Under the pieces are notes generated by a model. It saw only the letters and a program-made list of their open reading frames with translations. It was not told the DNA's origin and made no database searches. Both the position numbers and the translations under genes were made by a program. A DNA stretch of 64,000 nucleotides from a virus (Duplodnaviria; Caudoviricetes): IMG/VR virus record IMGVR_UViG_3300027278_000001, positions 1 to 64,000 of that record. The stretch is one strand, 5' to 3'. Positions 17,704 to 28,805 of this stretch are shown piece by piece; within the stretch, counting starts at the first letter, position 1; every line of letters begins with the position of its first letter.

Positions 17704-19557
17704 TTATGCTTCACAAGCTACACAGCCATTATCATATTCAATCTTCTTTCGTACACTGACAGCATTGAGCGGTTTATCTGCACCTGTACCAATGTTCGCC
17801 TTATCAGCACCTTCAGCACGACAGTAGTATAGAGTTTTAACACCCTTAGCCCAAGCAGCCATGTGAATATCCGACATTTCTTCTTTAGTAATATCAGCAG
17901 TAACGAAGATATTAACAGATGTGGCCTGACAGATATGAGGTGTCCGTGCTGCTGCTTGCTCAATAATGTACATTGGACTTACTTCAGACGATGTTTTAAA
18001 CACTTCTTTTTCAAGGTCACTCAGGTAGTCCAAGTGCTGAACACTTCCACCATTATCCTGAATACTTTTCCAAGTTTCTTTTGTGTTTTGACTATACTTC
18101 TCCAGAGTCTTCTCAAGGTATTTATTCTTGATTAGAAATGCTCCAGCACGACCATCAGCAACAAAACAATTATCCTTCCACGGCTCAATACTAGGGCTAA
18201 CACCAACCAAAGAAGATGAAGACGCATTAGGAGCAATTGCTAGCAGGTGGCTATTACGCATACCACTGCCAACACAATCAGATGCTTCCCCACGCTCTTT
18301 AGCCAACATCAGGCTTGCAGCGACAGCTTTCTTTTTAATGTTCCCGTATACCAAATGGGTGTGTTGAATTGCACTATTAAATCCGCCACTCTCAAATGGG
18401 ATCATTTTACTTTGCAAGTATGAGTGCCAGCCAAGTGTACCTAAACCAATAGCCCTCTCTTTACTTGCTGAGTAAACGGCCTTACTAAGTTCTTTTGGAG
18501 CAAGACGAATAAAGTATTCAAGCACATTATCCAGATAACGAACCAAGTCTTCAACAATTTGCGTATCTTTCCATTCATCATACTTGTCAAGGTTCAAACT
18601 GCTCAAGCAGCAGACAGCAGTTCTTTTCTCAGAAGTCCAAAGTGTAATCTCACTGCACAAATTACTTTGTCCCACATGGTAGTGAGGGTTTTTAATCCAT
18701 TCAGGAATTGCCCGATTAACTGTGTCCTTCCACATGATGTAAGGCTCACCAGTTTCAAAGCGCATCTGTAGAATCTTTTCCCACACCTCTTTGGCACTCA
18801 GGTAACGTCCAGTGGGGCCATGTTTAGGGTCAACCAGTTCGTAGTCTTCCCCTTTAATCACAGCAATCATAAACTTGTCAGTGATTGTCACTGCGTTGTT
18901 CATGTTAAAACATTTCTTATTCTGATCACCGCCAACAGGGTCACGCATACCAATAAACTGCATAATCTCAGGATGATCAATATCAAGATATGCTGCAACA
19001 CTACCACGTCGAGAGCCAGTTTGCTTGTATGCAAGTGTATCAGCATCATACCCGCTCATGTGGGCCATAACACCAGTAGACTTTTCATCCGGACTACGAT
19101 TAGCAGCCCATACACCGATACCACCCCCTGCCATTGAAAGCCACTTAGTTTCACAGCTTGCCTCTACTAACCCTTCCTTGGTATCAGGAATCTTTACAAG
19201 GAAACAAGAGATTGGCATACCCTCAGGAGAAACATTTTCTTCCATCCAATCGCCAGCTTCATCAAACTGCTCCTTGGTGAAAGTTGGCCACTCGACCTCA
19301 ACAGCATTACTCAGAACTGGACTTGCGTTAGTATACCAACCTTTACTTGCATAGTCATAAATACGCTGAGCAAAGTCATAGTCACCAAAACAGTAGCAAG
19401 TCGCAGCTCGTGCAAAACCTTCTTGTGGGCTTGTCTCCCAGTCCTTCTTATAAAACCCTTTTCGGGTTAACATTGAGAAACCCTGCTCTGGAATGTCAGA
19501 GTCTCGTGAGTAATCAATCAAAATACCAAGGTGTTGCTTTACATTCCCCTCTTTCAA
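17704..19557 (-). CDS. nrdA: Ribonucleotide reductase class I alpha subunit (no ATP cone)
   Basis: PISCF, SNLCSEI, AIAPNASSS, KTLYY and C-terminal CVAC. Confidence 0.95.
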   Translation of the reverse strand: MKEGNVKQHLGILIDYSRDSDIPEQGFSMLTRKGFYKKDWETSPQEGFARAATCYCFGDYDFAQRIYDYASKGWYTNASPVLSNAVEVEWPTFTKEQFDEAGDWMEENVSPEGMPISCFLVKIPDTKEGLVEASCETKWLSMAGGGIGVWAANRSPDEKSTGVMAHMSGYDADTLAYKQTGSRRGSVAAYLDIDHPEIMQFIGMRDPVGGDQNKKCFNMNNAVTITDKFMIAVIKGEDYELVDPKHGPTGRYLSAKEVWEKILQMRFETGEPYIMWKDTVNRAIPEWIKNPHYHVGQSNLCSEITLWTSEKRTAVCCLSSLNLDKYDEWKDTQIVEDLVRYLDNVLEYFIRLAPKELSKAVYSASKERAIGLGTLGWHSYLQSKMIPFESGGFNSAIQHTHLVYGNIKKKAVAASLMLAKERGEASDCVGSGMRNSHLLAIAPNASSSSLVGVSPSIEPWKDNCFVADGRAGAFLIKNKYLEKTLEKYSQNTKETWKSIQDNGGSVQHLDYLSDLEKEVFKTSSEVSPMYIIEQAAARTPHICQATSVNIFVTADITKEEMSDIHMAAWAKGVKTLYYCRAEGADKANIGTGADKPLNAVSVRKKIEYDNGCVACEA

Positions 19558-20408
19558 ACCTCTTCCCCTTCTTCACCATATTTATCAATCAAATCACCAC
19601 TAAAGTTACTACGCTTACTCATCACCATTAGCTCTGCTTTCATGTAAGAATCAGTGGTGCTAGCAATCTGATCTTCAAGAGACATACCCACTCGTTTCCA
19701 TTTATCATCTCGACGTTGAACACCAGAGAATCGAATTGTGTCTACTACCTTATTCTGAAGGTTACGATGAAGTAGACGTTCTGTGTGCCAACCAAGGCTT
19801 ACATCAATACCGTTTTCATAAAGAATACGCTCTACACTTTCAATATCGTTTGCTTTCCAACCCTCAACAAGCATCAAGTCTGAGAGGGATAGAGAGTAAT
19901 CAAAATTCACATCATCTTTATAGTTTTTACTTTGCAATACATTATTCATATTATTCCTTATTAAATGCTTTTCGAGCTGCGTCTGTACGACTCAGGATTG
20001 GAGAAGCAATACTACGAATGGATTTGAGAAACTCCCGAAGGTGTTTTTCATGTGGTTCCAAATAGTGTTTACCTAGATTCTTGTAAAACATCTCAATGAA
20101 AGCATCATCACCGTAACCTGCTAGTGCTTCTAGAGCACGAAGCTCACCTTCTGAGACAGTAAATTTAGCTTCAAGGTTTATGCTGTGACGTTCTGTAATC
20201 TCTGCCATTTAATAACCCCTTATTCAATCATTTCTTTATAGGCTGCTTGAGGCTGAAGACCTTCTTCATACATCTCAAGAAACTCCGTAATGTCTTCTAC
20301 GATAATCAGCAGAGCATCTTTCTTCTCAATAAAATCTCGTGTGGCAATAATATCTCGTAGGTCAATCATCCATGTGGAGAGTGGGTAGTCATCTCGTTCG
20401 TTAATCAT
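19554..20408 (-). CDS. Three hypothetical proteins (19554-19949, 19951-20208, 20220-20408)
   Basis: ORF track. Tight packing on the operon strand. Confidence 0.65.
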
Positions 20409-21086
20409 TTAATCACCTCCAGTCAATGCTTTCCAACTTACAGGGAATAGCTCTGCAATCTTCTCACCAACAGGCTCTGCAAGGAGTCGTACTTCATACT
20501 GAGCAGTAGCTTCTGTACGTTTGTTGTAGAAGTTGGCAAAGCTTACCAGATTGCCAGTCCAAATCCAATTAACAATTGCACCTTGAGGGAGAATAAACCG
20601 TGCTTGCTCAGGGCATACACCTTTGTCAACCATGTCAGTGTAGAGTTGTACGCACATTGTCGAGTAAGTCTTATATTCCCTCTTCCAGTAATCTGATTTA
20701 GGATGCTCACCAGCACTTCCTTGTTTAATACTCCCTTCAGGCTTTGCACGAAAGAACTCAGGAATATAAATTTCTGGTGTAGAGCTAATATACCGGCGGC
20801 TTTCTTCATTCTCAACCATGCCGATCTTGTGCTTAAAAGCTTGAGTGCGAATAGGCACTGGAGCTGAGCAACGGAACTTCAATGCTGTGTGAGCAAATGG
20901 AGTCCAGTGATCGTATTTAGCAAGGTAGTTGATAAGATTCTTGTCTGAGTCTTTCAGATTAAATTCAATACCCGGAAACTCAGTCTCTTCCCACTCACTT
21001 TTCTTATTGAAACTCACTCGCGCTGCGTCAACAACAGCCAGATCATCACCCATGTAGTCTAGCAGTTCTGCTTTAATCTGTGTCAT
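20409..21086 (-). CDS. thyX: Flavin-dependent thymidylate synthase
   Basis: VDAARVSF, HWTPFAH, KHKIG...ESRRY and PEQARFILPQ. Confidence 0.93.
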   Translation of the reverse strand: MTQIKAELLDYMGDDLAVVDAARVSFNKKSEWEETEFPGIEFNLKDSDKNLINYLAKYDHWTPFAHTALKFRCSAPVPIRTQAFKHKIGMVENEESRRYISSTPEIYIPEFFRAKPEGSIKQGSAGEHPKSDYWKREYKTYSTMCVQLYTDMVDKGVCPEQARFILPQGAIVNWIWTGNLVSFANFYNKRTEATAQYEVRLLAEPVGEKIAELFPVSWKALTGGD

Positions 21087-21517
21087 TCATCCTCCTTATT
21101 CAACTATCCAACCGACTAGACGCTTCATAATTATCTGCTCTAGTATTCTCAATATATTCTACTTTAGCTTGATAAGCAAGGATTTCTTTCTCAGCTTCAA
21201 ACCAAGACAAAGGCAGATCAGGATAGCACACCCAAGCAATCCCTGATGCCACCGCTATATCATAATCTCTTTTGTTCTTAACGTACAGTCTGTAGTCTAC
21301 ACGTTCTCTGTCTGTTGGAACAAATGCATGAATCATTTTAGCACCATATCTACAACATCTTTATAGATTTCCCAGTCGTGTTCAACCACAACACAATCTA
21401 CAGGTTTAATATTGTTATCCCATATTGTACACCAAAGATTTGCAATCTGATCTTCATCTAATCCCTTCAACTTAACCACAACATAACGCTCTTCCAATCT
21501 ATTATCCATAATCCCTC

Positions 21518-22003
21518 CTACGGAATAAATTTATCCAATTCTACAGTAACAAAGTCAACAGGTTTGCGAATTTTATTACGTGCATCACGAACAGTGTAAA
21601 AAGGAAGTCCATTATAAACAGATGTTTCAATAAAGAACTCATCGTCTGGATGTTTAACTTCCAAACCTTCCTTGGCACTACAAGCTTCGTAGTAACTATT
21701 AAATACTTTCTTACTGTTATTGTCAATTACTTGTTGCAAGGCACCCGCTACATCAAAGCCTGCTTTAGTGTGTTGCTCAATACGCCAAGCTAGAACAAAC
21801 AACTCATCACACAGAGCATCAATGCTCTCTACAGCGTCATGAACATTAGCTGCATCAAAGCCTTCTGTGGATTCTTCAATCATCAAAGTAGACTGATTCT
21901 CTATAGCTCGCCAGTATTCAAGTGTATCGTATTCTGGAACCTTGTTACCAGCTTTGTAATTGAAGCTGATTGCTTGCTCCAGCAGGTTTACTAAATCTTT
22001 CAC
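21518..22003 (-). CDS. MazG/PRA-PH-like NTP pyrophosphohydrolase
   Basis: All-alpha acidic motif EESTE...DALCDELF and V..NN.KK. Confidence 0.7.
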   Translation of the reverse strand: MKDLVNLLEQAISFNYKAGNKVPEYDTLEYWRAIENQSTLMIEESTEGFDAANVHDAVESIDALCDELFVLAWRIEQHTKAGFDVAGALQQVIDNNSKKVFNSYYEACSAKEGLEVKHPDDEFFIETSVYNGLPFYTVRDARNKIRKPVDFVTVELDKFIP

Positions 22004-22305
22004 TTACCCTCCCAAATAATTTCAAATTCATATTCACCACCAAGAGCAGGGTCTACTAGCACTTCAACAATACCATAACTCTCATCCTCTGGCATAAAGA
22101 AGACTGTAAATCCTGCTGTACCAGAGTAATGTATGCCCCAATCTTGTTTTGCAGATTCAATTACCCTATCAATAGAGCGTTGAATATCAGCCTCAAGTGT
22201 CTCAATAGTTGCTGACGCTAGGTAGCGGTTACTATATGCAAGCCAACGGGCTGCCCTTGATATAGATTCTTTGTTGATACTAATTTGCCTATTCATTTAA
22301 CACTC

Positions 22306-22854
22306 CTATAAATATAACTCACACAACCGTTCAACCACCCCAGCATTCCACTCGGAGAATGAATAAGCTACATTGCATTCTACAGATTGTGTGTAGTTGG
22401 TGGCGAACAGTACACGTTGATCATAGTCGAACCCTTTCAAATGGTCAAGACGATCATCAACATGTGCCACAACACTCCCTTTCATCAAATGCTTCTCTTT
22501 GGTTAAGAGCACACCCACATTAAACGAAAAGTGCTCCTTGAGCCAGTAGTATTTGTTCTTATGGTGCGTACCCTTTGCTTGGCTAATGAAAGCAATGTCA
22601 AAGTGTTTTGACAAAGCCTCCAAAGCTTCTACAGACCCCTCCAGTGGCTTGAACTGGTTATAGTCAAGTGTCCTCCAGTATTCATATGGATCAGCTACAG
22701 TTGGGTACATCTTGGAAAGATCGTACTCTAACATTCCATCTGTTCGATGTACAACCTTTCCAAAACCATTGAAGTATTTAAGATAATTCATCCACCCAAT
22801 ATCAGACGGGCAAATTGTCAAATCGCAATCAACTCCAAGAATGGGTTTACTCAT
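22306..22854 (-). CDS. HAD-family 5'(3')-deoxyribonucleotidase-like protein
   Basis: DxD motif ILGVDCDLTI, K..WLKEHF and HVDDR. Likely ATG at 22854. Confidence 0.8.
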   Translation of the reverse strand: MSKPILGVDCDLTICPSDIGWMNYLKYFNGFGKVVHRTDGMLEYDLSKMYPTVADPYEYWRTLDYNQFKPLEGSVEALEALSKHFDIAFISQAKGTHHKNKYYWLKEHFSFNVGVLLTKEKHLMKGSVVAHVDDRLDHLKGFDYDQRVLFATNYTQSVECNVAYSFSEWNAGVVERLCELYL

Positions 22855-23794
22855 TATCCTTAGCCTCAATCAGCATGCGCTCACCAAAGAATACCACTTT
22901 CTCAGAGTCATAGACACCATTGTCATAGCCCTTCTTCTTAACACCTTGGCGGGCTTTAGCCTTACGCCAAATTGCTTTGAAAGCATTACCTTCAGCAAAG
23001 GTCATTTGCAGGGACTCAATTATGTCATTGCACTCAGCTTCGTATGGATCAGGCAGAGTTGTTGGATGTTTGACATACACTTTGTAGTAGTCCGAGCTAG
23101 AGCCTGTGTATTGTTCTGTATTTTGCACAGCAGCTTTACTATCCACCAAAACCCAAACACCTTCCTTGATTCTTGTTTCTACCATCTTCTTCCTATGTGT
23201 TTGACCCTCAGAGAAGATTTCAGAGTCAGATAAACGTACAAAGTAGTGGTCTTCATCATGATCGTGAATTTTATAAATGTAGCCTTCACCCTCGACCTGA
23301 AACTCTTTGCCTATAAAGTTATCGGCAACCTCCTCTTTTGTATTCAATAGGATTAAAGGGTTGTTACCAAAACTTCGTGCATCAATAGTGTAATCTGACT
23401 CATGATTTAGCAAGTCGCAATCATAACCCTTTACAAACCAACGCTCTCGTCGCTCATCATACCCTGTCAGTTCTACATACTTTTCAATATTACTTGAATC
23501 CAATCCCCAACCACCGAAAGCAACCAAAACAACATCACCTACCTCCAACTGATAATTGCGTTCCACATTCTCCTCCTTTCCTGCGTGTTCAAAGTAAGTC
23601 TGATCCATATTCAACAGGATTGTATCACCCTTTTCTGTTTCAAGATAACGAATCTTTTTCGTATAACCTGTATGCAGCTCTTTGACGAAATAAGTCACAC
23701 CATACTTCAGCTTCTTAAACTTGTAGTTCTTATAATTAGGGTGAATCCTTAAGGCGTCACCCACATTGATTGTAATATCTTCACCGTAAGGCAT
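22847..23794 (-). CDS. Multidomain protein with C-terminal DUF3310-like domain
   Basis: C-terminal SSDYY...EC.DIIE.L.M.F.EGN.FKA.WR...D..K..FFG. The long N-terminal part is unrelated. Confidence 0.55.
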   Translation of the reverse strand: MPYGEDITINVGDALRIHPNYKNYKFKKLKYGVTYFVKELHTGYTKKIRYLETEKGDTILLNMDQTYFEHAGKEENVERNYQLEVGDVVLVAFGGWGLDSSNIEKYVELTGYDERRERWFVKGYDCDLLNHESDYTIDARSFGNNPLILLNTKEEVADNFIGKEFQVEGEGYIYKIHDHDEDHYFVRLSDSEIFSEGQTHRKKMVETRIKEGVWVLVDSKAAVQNTEQYTGSSSDYYKVYVKHPTTLPDPYEAECNDIIESLQMTFAEGNAFKAIWRKAKARQGVKKKGYDNGVYDSEKVVFFGERMLIEAKDNE

Positions 23795-23805
23795 TTGGTT
23801 TCCTC

Positions 23806-24732
23806 CTAGCTTGTAATATTTGAAAGCAAGCTTTCTCGCTTCTCTTTCGTAAGCAAGTTTACTCTACTTCGACGTTGAACACCAGTGATTTTGTTACGAT
23901 AGCGTTTGTATTTACCAAGATTACTGTAATGATAACCATCCTCTTCCCAAACATTCATGTCCAAAACCTCATCAACATAAACATCAAAGTTTGGAAGTGT
24001 ATTATCCCAAGAGCTGAGAATATCATAAAGCTCTTCCAAAGACAACACATCATTGATGTTATAAAGCTTCATCACCGCCCAAGCTTCTGGATTGTTCTTC
24101 ATGCATTCTGCCCAAAGATGATGACCAGCAAACTTACCATGTTCAAGCTTCTTGTGACGTGTGCAAAGTTGATCTGTCATGTACTGAAGTTTGTTGCTTG
24201 TGAAGCCAAACTGAGCCTTAGCAATGTTGAGCGTGTCGATCTGCCTGAATGTACTTGGTTTTGGATAACCATTCAGTACAAGGCGGGCATTGATCTTTTT
24301 CACATCAAATCGCTTACTGTTCTGCCCTACAACAATATCAGCTTCGTTCAAGATCTTCCACAGGCTTCCCAGAAGCTTACTATCATCCTCAAAGTCATCA
24401 GAGCCTTGCAAGTCTTCGTAGATAACATCATCACTCCCTTTCCACTTAGCACAATAGGAGAGGATAGACCAATCTTCTTGGATTTGATTCAAACCAACAT
24501 TCTGGTCAAACAGTCGCCACACATGTGCAAGGATAGGTTTCGTTTCAATGTCGATGAAAAGAATCTTTGGGCCTTGTTGCTCAGTAGGGCTGACTTGCTT
24601 ACTGTCAAACATAAACTTAAAAAGATCATTTACCTGAGTCTTACTTTTACCAATAATATTAGCAATTGCACGACCACTGAAACCCTTGTCACGTAAACTT
24701 AATGCTTCTTCGTGCCATTCTTTTTTGATCAA
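23806..24732 (-). CDS. DEDD 3'-5' exonuclease (RNase H-like) with N-terminal HTH
   Basis: ILFIDIET, GQNSKRFD and YNINDV. N-terminal GFSGRAIANIIGKSKTQV HTH. Confidence 0.85.
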   Translation of the reverse strand: MIKKEWHEEALSLRDKGFSGRAIANIIGKSKTQVNDLFKFMFDSKQVSPTEQQGPKILFIDIETKPILAHVWRLFDQNVGLNQIQEDWSILSYCAKWKGSDDVIYEDLQGSDDFEDDSKLLGSLWKILNEADIVVGQNSKRFDVKKINARLVLNGYPKPSTFRQIDTLNIAKAQFGFTSNKLQYMTDQLCTRHKKLEHGKFAGHHLWAECMKNNPEAWAVMKLYNINDVLSLEELYDILSSWDNTLPNFDVYVDEVLDMNVWEEDGYHYSNLGKYKRYRNKITGVQRRSRVNLLTKEKRESLLSNITS

Positions 24733-24744
24733 AACTTCTTCTCC

Positions 24745-25678
24745 TTACTCTGGCTTCTCAAACGTAAAATTACTTGGACTGTCACAACGATATTCATCAA
24801 ATGTGTTATTGAACATGGTATAACAGTCTTGCTCACCAACAGACAACATTTGATTAAACACAATTGACATACTTGCAGGAATCAAATACCAGTGACAATC
24901 ATCGTCTTTGATAAAGCGATAGCGAGCTTCTTCAGTCATCTTTCATCCTCTCAATTAATTCGTTCAATATTTCCAAATTGAACTGACTTACGCTTTCATA
25001 AAGCTCAGCCTTTTGCCAAACAGAATACGAATCCCATTCTCGCAAGCTTTTATCAATCACTTTCTTATAAGCTTCAACGTCATTGATAGCATTCTGAATC
25101 TTGAATAAAGATTCTTGTTTAAGCTTATGTTGAGATAGATCAATTACGTCAGACATAAATCTCTCCTAGTTAAACGCCAATGGAAACCAAAGGAACAACC
25201 GAAAATAATAATCCACGATCATTGCATTGTAGTGGTTGTTCCAGAAGTCGTAGAACAAGTATGCGTATGCGTTTTTAATTAGTTTCATCTTTATTCCTCC
25301 AGTTTAGTAGTTGAAATACAATCTGCAAGCTTCTGGTTATTACTCCACACTTGGACAGTTCCTGCATCACTGAGGCTGCCTTCTTTAAGTGCATAACTTG
25401 AGTGAGCGGTGATTGTCCCTTCCTTAACAGGCTGCATAGCCTTCAACATTTCAATGCTGCGCTCAATATTCTCAAGACGTTTGTTCAAGAGTTCCCAGTC
25501 ATAGTCAGTCACCATCTTCTTGTTCCTCAAACGGAATGTGTAAAGGTTTCAATCCAAGTTCTGAACAAGTCTGCCAATAGTCTAGCGACTTATCACTGTT
25601 CAACCGGCAAGCTACAACCATTATGTCGTAATAAGGGTGCAGTTTTCTAGGTTCAAAATAATTCCACTCGTCAATCAT
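24745..25678 (-). CDS. Cluster of small hypothetical proteins (24745-24939, 24932-25156, two further short ORFs, 25291-25515)
   Basis: ORF track plus manual reading of two ORFs under 60 aa with overlapping starts and stops. Confidence 0.55.
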
Positions 25679-26255
25679 TCTCTTTCTCCTTTAACACATT
25701 ACGAACAGCATCTCTACGAGCATCTTTGTTTTTAGTATAACCTGTCACACCATTCTCTACAAGGTATGCGTCAATGAGTTTAGCAGGTTGCTTACAGATT
25801 GCAATTACTTTCTTCTCTAGTCTTGCATCCTCTATAGAAATACCTTGAGACTCCGCTAGGGTCTTGCAAGCATGGTCGTCACGGCATAAAATCTGAAGCT
25901 GATCAAACCCAACCATCAGGATATTGTTGAAGTAATTCTCAAAGTCCTCAACCTTGGTAAAAGTGTGGTTGCCAAACTTGTGATCAATCTCTACGTCAGT
26001 CAGCTTGAACAACTCACCACACATCTCACACCTCACCAACCACTTTGTACGTGTCTTATCATCCATGTCTGGAATCGTATTCATGTACAAGTAAGCAAGC
26101 TTCACATCACTCTTCATCCAAGCTGAGCGTATAGCTCCTCTGACGACGCTCAGGACGTGTTTTTCTTGAGGCTTGCCGTCTGCATCAAGTTTCTTTAAAA
26201 ACTGCTGTAGCTTCGCCTCACGCTTCTTAATGTCTGCTTGTGATGGGACTGTCAC
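25671..26255 (-). CDS. HNH-type endonuclease (core replication-module type)
   Basis: CEMC...VEIDH...LQILC..DH..KT. Confidence 0.8.
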   Translation of the reverse strand: MTVPSQADIKKREAKLQQFLKKLDADGKPQEKHVLSVVRGAIRSAWMKSDVKLAYLYMNTIPDMDDKTRTKWLVRCEMCGELFKLTDVEIDHKFGNHTFTKVEDFENYFNNILMVGFDQLQILCRDDHACKTLAESQGISIEDARLEKKVIAICKQPAKLIDAYLVENGVTGYTKNKDARRDAVRNVLKEKEND

Positions 26256-26589
26256 TCAATTACCCCATACAGGTACAAACACTTCTGTCTTCTGCTTAGT
26301 AACATAATGAGCTTCAATGATTTGCTCTGGAACAAGCTCTTGATACTCTTCTACTTTACAGAAGTCCATAGAATCCCATTCTGTACCATTACTGTCATCC
26401 CACATACCATTCAGAGTAATGCAGACATTCAGGAAATCAGAAGCATCAACATCTTCATTTTTCAGCTCTTCAATATCTGTCTGAGTGATTGTGTAAGTAG
26501 CTGAGCAATAGAAGCTTGAATATTTACGATGCTCTTTCTCAAACTCACCCATATCTGCAACGTAGTCTTCCAAGTACGACTTAGTAATT

Positions 26590-27549
26590 TTATTCATAGA
26601 TAGTTCCTCTCAAATATTTATTCAAATCCCATCCATCCTTCTCATACCGTAGCAAATACAAGAAGAATCCATTTTCATCTAGACACTCTTCCCAACCCTC
26701 TTCCTCACCGTACATTGCAGAATAGCATTCAAATACACGAGAAGCTAAATCAACTTCTGTCTTGCAATCAGCAAGAATCTTCTTAGCCGTAGCAGGGCCA
26801 ACGCCTTCCACTTTAATACCAAAACGTTCCTTGGTGATCTTAGAAAGCTTTTCAATGCCCGGAATATTATCTGCACTGTCTCCAATTAAAAGCTGTGTAG
26901 CAAAGTTATAAGCCTGTGTGAAGCCATCATTCCAGAAGATTCCATTCTCAAGCTTGTTGTAGTTCAATAACCACCCACGACTGTTGGCAGCGAGGTCTTT
27001 ATCGCAGAAGGCTAGAACAACATCACACCGACTTTTATCACCTGATTCTAAACCCTTACGATAACTCTCCCAAGCCATGATGTTGCACGTATCATCTGTT
27101 TCACGGCCTTCAGAAAGAATCACACGTCCTTTATACTTCTTCAGAAAGAACTCTCTGCACTCTTCAAACAAGATAGGTTTTTCACTACGTTGTCCCTTGT
27201 AATCTACAAACCTAGACTTGAAGTCTTTACGAAAGTTCCCTTCTCCTTCAATACAAAGAACAAAATCATCACAACCAGCAGCGTCAATGATCTTATCCAC
27301 TTTCTGCTTAATTGATTGGAAAGCAAATCGAGGTTCTGCATCTGGTTTAACCTCTGAAATCACTTCAAAGGAGTAATTCGCTTTGTCTCGGTTATTCTCC
27401 TTAGCCCAATCATTAAAAGCTGTCTTAGACTCAAATAGGCGCTGCGAACCATGTTCAATGTTTGTAGCTAGACATTTGTTTAATTGTTGTTGGGCTGCTG
27501 AGCTATAGAGGATAGTGTCAGCATCTACAACTAAAAGTTTTTTAGTCAT
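26590..27549 (-). CDS. 5'-3' exonuclease (T5/T7 flap endonuclease-like)
   Basis: VVDADTILY, NFRK...YKGQR, ETDD, DKDL and GDSADNIPGI. Confidence 0.9.
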   Translation of the reverse strand: MTKKLLVVDADTILYSSAAQQQLNKCLATNIEHGSQRLFESKTAFNDWAKENNRDKANYSFEVISEVKPDAEPRFAFQSIKQKVDKIIDAAGCDDFVLCIEGEGNFRKDFKSRFVDYKGQRSEKPILFEECREFFLKKYKGRVILSEGRETDDTCNIMAWESYRKGLESGDKSRCDVVLAFCDKDLAANSRGWLLNYNKLENGIFWNDGFTQAYNFATQLLIGDSADNIPGIEKLSKITKERFGIKVEGVGPATAKKILADCKTEVDLASRVFECYSAMYGEEEGWEECLDENGFFLYLLRYEKDGWDLNKYLRGTIYE

Positions 27550-28533
27550 ATTTATACCGCCATCTTGAGAGAGTAGTTCTCAGTTCTTCATATTCACGCA
27601 GCATCTGTACCACCATTCCGTGTCCTTGGTAAGTTGGGCCGTTCTCAGGATTAGAATAGGCAGCGACCCACCACTGAATGCAATCTAGAGGTTGCATAGA
27701 GTCTGTTAATTCTTCTTCCAAGACCCCGCCGAGAACAAAACCTCCATCAAGAAAAGCACCCACTAGCTTGCGGGCGATGTGCTCACAATCTGACTTATTG
27801 CCACGATAAACCTCTTGTTCACCATCCCCTATATATACAGCGTAGGGGAAAATACCCTTGTCTGTTTTCCTAACTTGGTAACGATTATTAGCTATGTTAT
27901 CCATAACTTCATGAGGATAATCACCAGACATGAGCACCCCCACGAACACGAGGCTTCACACCAGTAAGCAATTCAAATTGATGTGCTGTCTCTTTAACAA
28001 CATCCCACCAATCTTCATCTACTTGTTGAAAGTTTGGAATACGAAAACCGAGAAACTGTTCATCAAGTGGTGAATCATAGTAATGACTTGCGGTTTCAAA
28101 ATGCTCTTCAACAAACTCTTGGTAGCCTAAGTCTTGTTTCTCAGATTCAAGAGCAATAAAAGCTTCAAGGTCTTTAAAGTCTGCCCCAACAAGCAAACTG
28201 TGACTTACATCAATTCCCATAACATCCTCCTAAATAAAAGCCCTACTTACTACGGCAGGGCTTGTTTGTTGATTAATCTTCTTCGTCCTGAACTATATCT
28301 TCAAGGTCAACCTCAAACGGGTAACTGATACCAAGACTCTCATAAGTACATTCATCAGGAACATAAAGTTCGTCATAGTGAAATCCATCACCATCAATCA
28401 AACCAGAATCATAATCCAGTAAATCTTTGTCTGCCAAAGCTTCAAGTTTTTTGATTAGTTCACCGTCAAACGTGTAATTTGCGCTGCTAGAACCATCCCC
28501 ACAATCCGTAACAAGAACATAAAGTGTTTTCAT
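27542..28533 (-). CDS. Three hypothetical proteins (27542-27949, 27921-28220, 28273-28533)
   Basis: ORF track on the operon strand, with GGAGG SDs. Confidence 0.6.
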
Positions 28534-28542
28534 AATCCCTCC

Positions 28543-28791
28543 TTACGAATAAGTCTCTTGAATTTCCTGAAGCTCATTAAGCTCATCAGCTTTAGTCTTC
28601 AAATCATCTTCCTTAGCTTTGGCTACAACAGCTTTGATAATTTTCTTCACGTCTTTCTTATCGAAGCCTTCAGTGTTGTACTCTTTATCATAAGCAAATT
28701 CTGTAACCAACTCTTTCAAGTCTTCTTGCAGAGTGATGATTTCTTGAGCCAGTTGGTAAGCTCGGGAGTAGAGGTTCTGTTTATCTTTCAT
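28543..28791 (-). CDS. Small dsDNA-binding protein candidate (T4 DsbA / GapR-like)
   Basis: 82 aa and helical. I..LQEDLKEL..E....GFDKK..KKIIK pattern. Confidence 0.45.
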   Translation of the reverse strand: MKDKQNLYSRAYQLAQEIITLQEDLKELVTEFAYDKEYNTEGFDKKDVKKIIKAVVAKAKEDDLKTKADELNELQEIQETYS

Positions 28792-28805
28792 GTTCGGTTC
28801 TCCTA

